64,000 nt of DNA, taken from the NCBI GenBank assembly GCA_964016885.1, contig OZ024742.1, positions 188,976,001 through 189,040,000 on the forward strand. The letters run 5' to 3'. The notes under the pieces were generated by a model, which did not search any database, was not told the origin of the DNA, and saw only the letters and a program-made list of their open reading frames with translations. Position 1 is the first letter of the stretch. The number at the start of each line of letters is the position of its first letter. The position numbers and the translations under genes are program-made. The stretch is from Eledone cirrhosa. Lineage: Eukaryota. Below are positions 12,590 through 22,683 of the stretch, one piece after another.

Positions 12590-13470
12590 TTTGTGTTTAC
12601 AACCCGAAATTGTCTCAGATTTTTGTTTAAGATTTGATCATTGTCGTAGATTATTTCCAGTGGTTCAGCGGCACAATATCGCATGGTCTTTTGTTTCCGT
12701 TATACGGTCTAGCATATGCTAGGATCTCCCAGTGTAACCTATATTGCGTGTTGCTTTCTTTTACACTCCAGATATATGCCGAATGTTCCTTCTTAAAGGG
12801 TTGAGAAAAGAATGGATGTGTATGTAAAGACGCTGTTTGAATCTATTGACGGTTAACCCTATGTTGGCCCTATTAGACGTGGGTGTGTCGACCTTACATT
12901 TGTAGGCGATATTACTTGTTAGATATTTCCCGAATAGAGGGCAGTTTACCCCGATTCCTACAATTACAGTTAGTACTAGCTATATGGTTGTTAGTGTTAC
13001 TACGGCTAGGTAATTTGGCTAAATTAGATGCAGTTATGTTATGTGAAAAATTACGAGTCGTGGAGTAAGATATTTTAACGGTATTTCTATTAAAAATGTT
13101 ATTATATTTATGTGCTTGGGGGAAATAGTTCTTAATTACCTCGTAAGAAACGTTTCATTGAGGCTTTTTCGACTATTAACAAACGAGCATATTTTTACCG
13201 ATCATTCCACATATTACAATGAAGTTCTAGCTCGGAGTGGATTTGTTGATAAGGTAGAATATACTAAGTACGAGGATAAACCTAGGAAAAATAGATCCCG
13301 ACGCATTATATGGTATAACCCCCCTCCCCCTACAATATGGAGGTGGCCACACCATTAGCTAAAATATTTAGTTAAGACGCATTTCCCAACAGCACATAAA
13401 TATAAAACATTTTTAATAGCAATACCATTAAAATATCTTACTCCACGACTCCTAACTTCGCACAGAAGAT
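12590..13470. pseudogene. Penelope-like element relic: GIY-YIG region on minus strand (~12590-13110) joined head-to-head to RT-linker region on plus strand (~13110-13470)
   Basis: Plus strand: RKNRSRRIIWYNPP...KTHFP..HKY..FNSNTIKISYSTTPN. Minus strand: IFNRNTVKISYSTT...CNCRN..CPLFGK.L..NIAYKC...IGLT..RFKQR..H...YIWSVK...WEIL..ARPY...C..C..E..I...ILNK. Frameshifts and stops are present. Confidence 0.8.
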
Positions 13471-13483
13471 AAAGAGAGAGAGG

Positions 13484-13612
<129 letters not shown>

Positions 13613-14027
13613 AGATGTGATGTTACTAGTTAAGGTCAGTAAGACTATTATTCAACTTAATAACCCATACTTAAAAGAAAGTAGGTTGCAGATATCGTTA
13701 TAGGATATAAGATTCGACAGTCAAACTTAAACCTTTTCAGTGTCAAAATGGGAATTCCCGATTTTACCATTGAAACAGTTTTAATATTTAAGTAAAACAT
13801 TGAGAAATGTTATAGAATACTGCCTGTGTAGGACAATGTTTTATTTATTTATTGCTATTTATTTTTATTTTATGAGGAAGCATATAATCAGATTCTCTAA
13901 TGAATGAGAATACTCAGGACAAGTATGATAGGAATAGTAATAGAGGATAAGGTTATCTTCCTTTTATTAAGGCTAATAAAATGTTGTGATAAACAGGCGA
14001 AAATCCGGAGTAACAAGACTCAGTCTC

Positions 14028-14081
<54 letters not shown>

Positions 14082-14366
14082 AAAATTTAGTTAAATTAAG
14101 GGAGTCATGTCCGAGACATGCGCCATATCCAGCGTAGAATAAGCTCAGAGATTCCAATGAATAGATCCGAGCATTTTATATCAACTAGAAATTGATTGAC
14201 ATATACTGTATATATATTTTAAATAAACACATGAAAATGTGACAGGCGATAATGTGTACAGTGTGTAAGCACACATAGCTAGGTAGGTAACTAATTAAAG
14301 TTTAACTAGAACTTCAAATATTACCTTTTAAAAATGATTAAATATATATATATGTCAATCAATTTC

Positions 14367-14408
<42 letters not shown>

Positions 14409-14448
14409 GATATTAAACAAATGGAAACTATATTTATAAAACCATATT

Positions 14449-14514
14449 TATTTCATTATATATATTTCAGGGATACCATATTAAAAAAATGGTATGCCTT
14501 CCTCAGACAAAATA
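14449..14514 (-). ncRNA. Minimal type-I hammerhead ribozyme candidate
   Basis: Minus strand reads tattttgt-CTGAGGA-aggcataccat[loop]atggtatccct-GAAA-tatata-TA-atgaaata. Stem I is 8 bp (2 GU), stem II 10/11 paired, stem III is the palindrome TATATA. Confidence 0.65.
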
Positions 14515-15327
14515 CAATATATAAACCGTTTTATAAATAAATTTATATATATATATATATATATATATATGGGTTATGAAGGCGAGGCTGTGTGATTACG
14601 TTAATGAAAACGAAGTGTTAGAAGGTAGGGTGACACACACAAGACATGAAAGGTTTCCCTAATGCGCCGAAACATCCATGATCCGTAGTAAACAGCTGAC
14701 GACGGAAAACTGTTCATCTCTTGTTTGTGTCCCCATACCTTCTAACTCTTTATATATATATATATGTGTGTGTATAGTCTTTAGTCGTTTCATCTATCAG
14801 GTCATTAATAATAACTTTACAGCTTAATTTTTAAAAATGGTTTCAGAACCCTTATCGAGAGTAAAGGTAATATACAACTTACATGTGTATTTAAACAAAG
14901 GATTTAATATAAATATGAAAATATACTGTGATTTTGCTTTCGTTAACTCAAAGAAGTTTATTTAAATTCAAATATCGCATTAAATGATACGATCTCATGT
15001 GTACTAAGACTTTTACAATGTTTTAATTTATAAAACATGTTCCGTCCGTGTATGTTTCTAACCGTATTATACAAACCATGTTATTAGAGTTGATAAATCT
15101 TCATCTGGCAATACTAACCCTTTCATTTGAATTTATGAAAAGGATATGAGAAGAATATATATGGTGTTATTGTTATGTATATGATCAACAAATTTTTACT
15201 TTGGAATATCATGAAAAGATTACGAAGGATTTCAAACTTAGAGATTCATGATTGTATAGGATTTCTTGCCCCTTACATGATTTCAAAGATAAGGAAAATG
15301 TAATCCATTTGTTCTATATAATTTTAT

Positions 15328-15365
<38 letters not shown>

Positions 15366-15457
15366 TAAAGAGAGAGAGGGGAAGACAAAAATACATACAT
15401 ATATAGACAAATACATAAGTGCCTTATACAGACACACACACACACATATATGTATAC

Positions 15458-15515
<58 letters not shown>

Positions 15516-15829
15516 TATACTCAGCACACTACCGGGGTTTCTCCGATAATCGGATAACACCAAATAAAAAACATGCACTCGGATTTTTCTCAAGCTAATA
15601 CTTTCATCAAACAAGGTTGAGCTGACATATGCATTGTTTACTAGAAGGGTCTGACAAAACACAAACACAAAAATCAAAATCGTCAACGTTGAAAGCGGAA
15701 GAGTAAAGCACATCCTACCGATTAAAAATCCAGTGCAATTGTATTTTCTGCTGATCTTCTTCTCTCGCTTGCTGCTGCTGGTGTTGCTGTTGTTATTGTT
15801 ATTGTTGCTTTCCTATGTGAACTATTATT

Positions 15830-16685
15830 AGTCAGACACCATACTTTGACGCATAGAGTTACGGCCCTTGCCATTCTGAGTTCAAATCCCGCCGAGGTTA
15901 ACTTTGCCTTTCATCCTTACGGGGTCGATAAAATAAAGTTCCAGTAATACACTGGGATAATTGCTGGCCTTGTGCCAAAAGTAGAAACAATTATTATTGT
16001 TGTGGATTGGCAGTATCGGTAGAGGGTCGGGCGCCATGCTTTGCAGCAAAGTGTTACGGCCATTTATGGTCTAAGTTCAAATCCCACAGAGGTTAACTTT
16101 GTCTTTCATCCTTACGAGATCGATAAAATAAAGTACCAGTAATACACTGGTTTAATTGCCGGCCTTGTGCCAAAATTAGAAATAATTATTATTATCAGCT
16201 TGAAGAGGGCGGTGGATTGACAGTATAGGTAGAGGGTCGGACGCTATGCTTTGTAGCATAGTGTTACGGCCCTTTATGATCTGTGTTCAAATCTCACCGA
16301 GTTTAACTTTGCCTTTTATCCTTACGGGGTCGATAAAATAAAGTACCAGTCACACACTGGGGTTGATTTAATCGACATCCCCTTCGCCAAAATTGCCTTG
16401 TGCCTATATTAGAAACCCTTATCATTATCAGCTTTAAGAGGGCGGTGGATTGACAATATCGGTTGAGTGTCGGATCTGATTTGTGGCATAGAGTTACGGC
16501 CCTTTATGTTCTGAGTTCAAATCCTGTTTAGGTTAGCTTTACCATTCATCCTACCGGAGTCGATAAAATAAAGTAGCAATAATGCATTGGGGTTTAACTG
16601 ACCTTCCTCTCCCCCAAAATTGTTGGCATTGTGCCTAAATCAGAAACCATTATTATCAGCTTTGGGATGGTGGATTGGCAGTATC
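15830..16685 (+). mobile_element. Head-to-tail array of four SINE copies plus the head of a fifth
   Basis: Repeated gtggattg(g/a)cagtat...gttcaaatc...cttacggggtcgataaaataaagt...ccttgtgcc...agaaa..attatt units at ~15830, 16003, 16205, 16438 and 16665. Confidence 0.85.
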
Positions 16686-17822
16686 TTACTTGTACTTGAA
16701 CTTGTCTCGACATTCACCTTGGACGGGTTGAGCCGGCTTCTTCCCTTGTCCTTACGGCATCCCGAACCATGGCAGCCCACGGACGACGGTCCCGGGCTAG
16801 GTCACTGGAGATAGCGAGCCAATCACGGTTCGATCGGTGCAGGCCGACCACCTGCGGACCTGAGATTTCGGAGAGGTCCTCCCTGATCGTCATTGCCTAG
16901 GTCTTCAGCTGCCCGCCAACGCGCTTGTGCCAGTTAGGGAGCGAAGGTGGGAGGAGAACATCGCGGATCAGCTCACCCTCAGGGCGCCGGGCTGCATGAC
17001 CAAACCATCTCAACCATCAGAAGCACCGAAGGATAGTGCCTGGTAGATTCGCCCTTTGGTCGCCGAGATGATCTCTCTACTGTCCCACAGACACCGCTGG
17101 AGGCGCCCAAGAGCGGATCTGGCAGCACCTATGCGACGTTTGACCTCGGCTGCGCCCTGTCCCGCCCAGGTAACCTTCGCAATTCTTCTGCTGAAGAGGT
17201 TCTAGGCCATCCGTGATGTCCGTACCCGTCCTTCTCAGGGCGGCTTCCGTCCGAGGAGGGGGTGCGTTGATCACACCTTCAATCTCCGGCGTGTCCTGGA
17301 ACAACGGTGGGCATATCCACAGGCTATCGTCCTCTGATTCATTGACTTTGCAGCTGCCTTCGACTCGGTAGATCGGGAAGCCCTCTGTCGTATAATGCAC
17401 GCGGACGGCATCCCAGTGAAGCTGCTTCGTCTCATACAGGGCTCCTACCAGTCTACTCGGGCTCGAGTGAGGGTCTATGGTGGGGAGACGGAGTCGTTCG
17501 ATGTTGGGACTGGTGTTCGGCAGGGGTGTGCGCTATCGCCAACTCTCTTCAACTACGCCATTGACTACACTCTCAACACAGCGCTCCGGGATTACCCGGG
17601 CGTAGAGGTCGGCAGAGGGGTCGTGGTGACGGACCTGGCCTACGCTGATGACATCGTGCTGATGGGCGCTAACGGGACAGATGTACAAGGTGCTCTCGAA
17701 AGGGTGCACACTGCAGCCGCTGCTGTTGGTCTACGAATCAATGCCGCCAAGTCGAAAGTCATGACGTCACAGGTCTCGCCTGATGCCTGGCAGCCAATAT
17801 CTCTCGAGGGCGTGGACCTGGA
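16686..17822 (-). mobile_element. RTE-clade LINE fragment with inverted 5' segment, flanked by a 14-bp TSD
   Basis: 16686-~17172 minus: GQGAAEVKRRIG...LRWFGH...RVGGQLKT...LARDRRPW plus a (CAAGT)-type tail. ~17173-17822 plus: QGGFRP..GCVD...FIDFAAAFDSV...GVRQGCALSP...LAYADD. TSD ggattggcagtatc at 16672-16685 and 17823-17836. Confidence 0.88.
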
Positions 17823-18315
17823 GGATTGGCAGTATCGGTAGCACATAGAAAAAAATACTCTCTGGCATATGGTTACGGTCCTTTACGTTCTGAGTTCAAA
17901 GCACGCCTTATACCAATATTATTATTACTGTTAAGGTGGTAGATTGGTACTATCGGTTGAGCGTCGGAAAATATGCTGAGGTTAGCTTTGTCATTCTTCC
18001 TTACGGGGATGCACTGGAATCGACATAACTGACGTTCCCTTCTCCCAAAATTGCTGGCCTTGTGCCTCAATCAGACGCCATTATTATTATTACAATTTAT
18101 TGGCTGATTTGTGGGAGGATCGAACAAATGTTTAATAGTATTTTTCCGGATCTTTAAATTTTGAATTCAAACCACATTGAGTTTAACTTTAATGTTATCC
18201 TTCTGCGGTCGATAAAGTAAAGTACCAGTTATGTACTGGTTACAATATAATCAATGTCTCCCTTCTCCCACATTGCTGGCCTTGTGTCTTTCTAGAAATC
18301 ATAATTTTTATTATC
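17823..18315 (+). mobile_element. Continuation of the SINE array (interrupted copy, one rearranged copy, one older copy)
   Basis: gagttcaaa B-box at ~17892, SINE core and ccttgtg tails at ~18060 and ~18285. Confidence 0.7.
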
Positions 18316-18915
18316 ATTTGTAATCTATATATAAATTTGAGCAAATTCTGTCCGTCCGTCCGTCACACAATGTGTGTGTATTTGTGTGAATGCATGTGAG
18401 AGTAAAAGGAAGGAAGGGGATGAGAAAAAATCCATAGCAAAAGAGCGGTTGGCCTTCTAATAGCAAAACAGCGGTTGATGTTTCATTTGCTACGCTGTGT
18501 CTGAATGTATGTGTGTGTGTTTGTGTAAGTGTATGTGTGTGTTTGTGTAAATGTATGTGTGTGTTTGCGTAAATGCATGTCTGTGAGTGCTTAATTGTGT
18601 AAGTGTGTCTGTGTTTGCGTGTATATATTTATATACTAATAAATATATATGTATGCATATGCACATACACAAACACGCACATATACACATGCACGTCAGC
18701 GTGTTGAGACAAATCCTAGTAATAATAATAATGTTGTTGTTGTTGTTATTATTTATTCATTATAATTATTACTGTTTCTATTATTATAACTATTTATCAC
18801 TAATTGTATTTTATTGTTATTTTTCACACCATTAATATAATAATTCCTATCACAAAAATCTAGCCAAGTCGATGAAATAAACATTCTTATCTCAGCATTA
18901 GAGAGTAGAACAAGA

Positions 18916-18968
<53 letters not shown>

Positions 18969-19228
18969 TTTCTTTATTAACCACAAGGGTTTACATAAAG
19001 TAGACATTAAGGACAGTGCAGGACAATGCAGGACGGTACAAATGGGCATTTCTGCGTGTAAAAAAACAAAAACAGAGGATGTAACAAAAATAACAATGAA
19101 AATAACAATGAAAAATTCCCCAATAGGGGGGAGACTTCGGAGGGACATTTGTGGAGAAAGCCCAGTAAAAAGCCACAATGACCCTGACCACCAAGGCAAG
19201 TGCCCTCTCCCAGTTTTCCACCTTTAGT

Positions 19229-22200
19229 TTACAGATATATACTCAGAGTCGGCCCATTCACTCGGGCCATTCTTGCTTCTCTCACCCATCTTTCAACAAA
19301 ATGCTGGGAAGAGAGCACTTCCCTCTCTACTCTGATTTTCCTTTTCAAATGAAATTTGAAAAAGTCAATCAGAGCATCACCGAAGAGGTAAGTGCTCGTC
19401 TTCAGCCCTTTCAAACGTGTCCACCATACTATCTCTTTCGCCATGGCCACCAGACAGATAAAAACTCCCTGCCCTTCCCGGCTAAAGGAGGAGGGTGGGG
19501 CAATCCTCACGATAGACTCAGATGATAGCTGGATCCGTCCTAAACGCGACAGCAGGTGTTCGACATAAACCCACAAGTCAGCAATTTTCGGACACTGGAC
19601 GAGTGCGTGCAGGACGGTTTCGTCGCCCTGTGCGCATCTCGGACATGCCCGGCTGACGGCACCTCCATGCCTGTAGAGTTTATCCCGAACTGGCAAGGCT
19701 CCTCGGTAGCACTGCCAGGCCAGAGATTTCTGGAAGTTGTCCATAGGCCCTGGCCCGAAAGTTCTTCCGAAGAGATTGGCTAGTTGATTTTCGTCGACGC
19801 CTAGAGTTTCCCCAAGTACGTCGTCGCTCTTCCCCTCCACTAATCCTCTATAGAACGCCGAGGTGGAGTTTCCACCGATCACATTGCCCGATTGGTCGAG
19901 GGCTGTGAGCGCCTGAAGACATTCCAGTCTCCAGGCGCTCCCTCTCGGTCTTCGCTTGACCCAGGACTGCAGCTCCGTCAAGGAAACGAGCTGGGGAAAA
20001 ACGCGTCTAGCAAACGGCGACCACACCTGATCACCGTCGAGGAATAGGTGGAGATGTCGTAGCCTGAGCGCGTGCCTGCGCATCATCAGCCACGGCATGC
20101 CCAGCCCTCCACGTAGCGGGTGTTGACAACAGATGGACCGCCTGACCATCGGAGCACGTCCCTTCCACAAAAAGCGAAAGAGCAAACGCTCCAGCGCAGT
20201 CAGGCGAGGCTTAGGACAAGGTACGACGGTTAGGCGGTAGCAGATGACAGACGCGATGTACGCGTTAGCCACCTCCGCTCGACCTTTCAGGGATAGCTTC
20301 CTCTCCGCCCATTTCTGGGTGAGAGAAGCCACCCTGCTCGTCACCTCGTCCCAGTTTTTGTCCGTCTGGAGGTCCGGACCGAACCAGACCCCTAGCAATT
20401 TAACCGGTCCGTCCGTCCAGCGCCCGACGACGCTGTTGGACGGCATGGACCTGCCTCTCCAGGTGCCGAGCTGCAGGCCCACTGACTTTTCCTGGTTGAT
20501 CATTGCTCCTGTCACCGCTTCGTATTCTCTTAGTGTAGTGCCGATCGCCTCGATGTGTTTGGCGTTCGACACCACTACGGTGACATCGTCCGCATATGCT
20601 GACACGGATCTTCCGCATCCTAGTTCGCGCGGGACTCCCCTCAACGTCTCCAGTTTGTGCAGTAATGGCTCGAGAGTCAATACGTACAAGAGGGACGAGA
20701 GGGGACATCCTTGGCGGACCGAGCGCATGATGTTGAACGGTTCCGACAGGTGACCGTTCACTCTCACCACAGAGCAGATGTCGCTGTGCATGGCAGCGAT
20801 CCAGCCTCTGAAGACGGGCCCAAAGCCAGCCGCCCTCAGGACTGCCGCTAGGTAACGATGGTCGACCCTATCGAAAGCTTTCGACTGATCTAAATTGATC
20901 AAGGACCCACCCGTGCCAGGTTCCCTAGCTACCCTCTCTACGATGTATCGCATGAGGTGGAGGTTGTCGTGGATGGATCTGTCGGGAATGGCGCATGTCT
21001 GCGCCTCTCCCACCAGACCACCAACGACAAGCGCCAACCTCTTTGCTAGCACCTTGGCCAAAATCTTAAACTCTGTGTTTAGCAGAGTTATGGGCCGGAA
21101 ATTGTCTATGTTATCCCCCTTGTTCGGATCCTTTCTCAGCAGTGCCACCGCTCCTCGGCTCACAGAACTGGGAATTCTCCCATTCTGTTGCCAGTTGCAG
21201 TAGACGTCCGCTAAGAGGCCTCCGAACAAGTCTGGCATATGTACGTAAAGTTCATAGGGCAGACCATCCAAACCAGGCGATTTACCCCTTGTGCAGCCAG
21301 TCATTGCCTCCCTTACTTCAGCGGCTGTTATCGGCTTTTCGCAACACTTCGCCTCAGTGGCCGAGAGCCGCGGCAGTCCGTCGAGGTAGACACTAAAGTC
21401 CATCCCTCTACCCGGCCCCCCGCTGCCCCCGAACAGCTGAGCGAAGTGTCGCTGAAAAGCTTCACACATTTGCCCGGGATCGAGTAGCATGCGCCCGTCG
21501 TGGTCCACCAAAGACCGGATCGTGGCTTTGTTGCCACGACGCGCCTCCGCCACTCGGGCCCATTGAACGGCTTTCGTCCCCTCGTGTCTGAGAGCACGCA
21601 CCCTAGCTCTGACAACGCAGCCTTCGTGCTTTGCATTGAAGAATTGGTCAAGGGCCAATTTCGCCGCAAGCACGTCGGTCGCAATGCCTTTGCTAAGCGC
21701 CTCGTCTAATTTTCTAACTAGTTCTCCCTCTGCTCTATTTTTCTCTATTGCTAAAGCCTTACTAAACCTAATCGATTCTATTCTAATCGCTCTTTTCAGA
21801 GCAAACCACCACTTGTTGTTGACGATGGCCCCCGTCAACGCCCGCTTAACTAGTTCGCTAATCCGGTCTCTGTAGGCCTTGCGCGCTGGTAAGGACGCGT
21901 TTAGCTTCCAGTAGCCGGGTCCTTGTCTATGAAGCCTATCTAAGTCAAGCACACAGGTCACGAATTTGTGGTCCGTGTAGCTGACTATCTTGAATTGTGG
22001 ACAGCCTATGCTAGACCTATCTATTTCCCTACAAAATACTCTATCTAGATATGATCTGGATGACCCTATGCGGTTTGTCCAAGTCCACATTGGCACATTC
22101 GGGAAATCCAATCGGTACCTGTCAGACAGTTCAAAACGCCTGAGCAGGTTGGTGAGGCTCTTGCACCCTCCACCCCTATCCGCTAATCCCACACAGTCCC

Positions 22201-22648
22201 AGCGTGCATCTAAGATCCCGTTCCAGTCGCCCACTAACACTAAAGAGCGGGACGTTCCAAGAAAGGTCTCCAGACGCCGGAAGAAATCAGGCCGCCCTGC
22301 TCCTGTCGGGGCATAGACGGCCACTAGCCTGAAAGCTTGCCCGTCTCCGCTGGTCACGTCCAGCACCACCAGCTTACCCTCTGGGTCCAGGAAGATGGCC
22401 CGTATGGCGAGATCCAAACCTCTCCGAAAAAGCACAGCAACTCCTCCACCCGATCCAGGACGGCTGGGAGATGCGTACACATCGTAGCCGCCGAAGATCG
22501 GTGCGAAGGCCCGTGCTTCGGAGATTCTGGTCTCGCTGATGGCCACTACATCTATGTTTAGTGACCTGAGGTCGTTGAGCAGGTGACCCTGCTTCCATGA
22601 CGACCCCAAGCCACGCGCATTTATGCTGCCTATTCTGAGTGAGGTCAT
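19229..22648 (-). CDS. Tx1-like ORF2: apurinic-like endonuclease + reverse transcriptase + C-terminal zinc finger (1139 aa), intact
   Basis: APE: SINARGL, AISET, AVYAP, VGDWN, YLDRVF, TDHK. Linker: GPGYWKLN. RT: KSPGLDG, FRPITLLN, LDQSKAFDRV, RQGCPLS, AYADD. C-terminus: CPRC...ETVLHALVQC. Confidence 0.95.
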   Translation of the reverse strand: MTSLRIGSINARGLGSSWKQGHLLNDLRSLNIDVVAISETRISEARAFAPIFGGYDVYASPSRPGSGGGVAVLFRRGLDLAIRAIFLDPEGKLVVLDVTSGDGQAFRLVAVYAPTGAGRPDFFRRLETFLGTSRSLVLVGDWNGILDARWDCVGLADRGGGCKSLTNLLRRFELSDRYRLDFPNVPMWTWTNRIGSSRSYLDRVFCREIDRSSIGCPQFKIVSYTDHKFVTCVLDLDRLHRQGPGYWKLNASLPARKAYRDRISELVKRALTGAIVNNKWWFALKRAIRIESIRFSKALAIEKNRAEGELVRKLDEALSKGIATDVLAAKLALDQFFNAKHEGCVVRARVRALRHEGTKAVQWARVAEARRGNKATIRSLVDHDGRMLLDPGQMCEAFQRHFAQLFGGSGGPGRGMDFSVYLDGLPRLSATEAKCCEKPITAAEVREAMTGCTRGKSPGLDGLPYELYVHMPDLFGGLLADVYCNWQQNGRIPSSVSRGAVALLRKDPNKGDNIDNFRPITLLNTEFKILAKVLAKRLALVVGGLVGEAQTCAIPDRSIHDNLHLMRYIVERVAREPGTGGSLINLDQSKAFDRVDHRYLAAVLRAAGFGPVFRGWIAAMHSDICSVVRVNGHLSEPFNIMRSVRQGCPLSSLLYVLTLEPLLHKLETLRGVPRELGCGRSVSAYADDVTVVVSNAKHIEAIGTTLREYEAVTGAMINQEKSVGLQLGTWRGRSMPSNSVVGRWTDGPVKLLGVWFGPDLQTDKNWDEVTSRVASLTQKWAERKLSLKGRAEVANAYIASVICYRLTVVPCPKPRLTALERLLFRFLWKGRAPMVRRSICCQHPLRGGLGMPWLMMRRHALRLRHLHLFLDGDQVWSPFARRVFPQLVSLTELQSWVKRRPRGSAWRLECLQALTALDQSGNVIGGNSTSAFYRGLVEGKSDDVLGETLGVDENQLANLFGRTFGPGPMDNFQKSLAWQCYRGALPVRDKLYRHGGAVSRACPRCAQGDETVLHALVQCPKIADLWVYVEHLLSRLGRIQLSSESIVRIAPPSSFSREGQGVFICLVAMAKEIVWWTRLKGLKTSTYLFGDALIDFFKFHLKRKIRVEREVLSSQHFVERWVREARMARVNGPTLSIYL

Positions 22649-22683
22649 GTTTAAAATAGAGTGGAAAAGATGGGAAAGACCAC

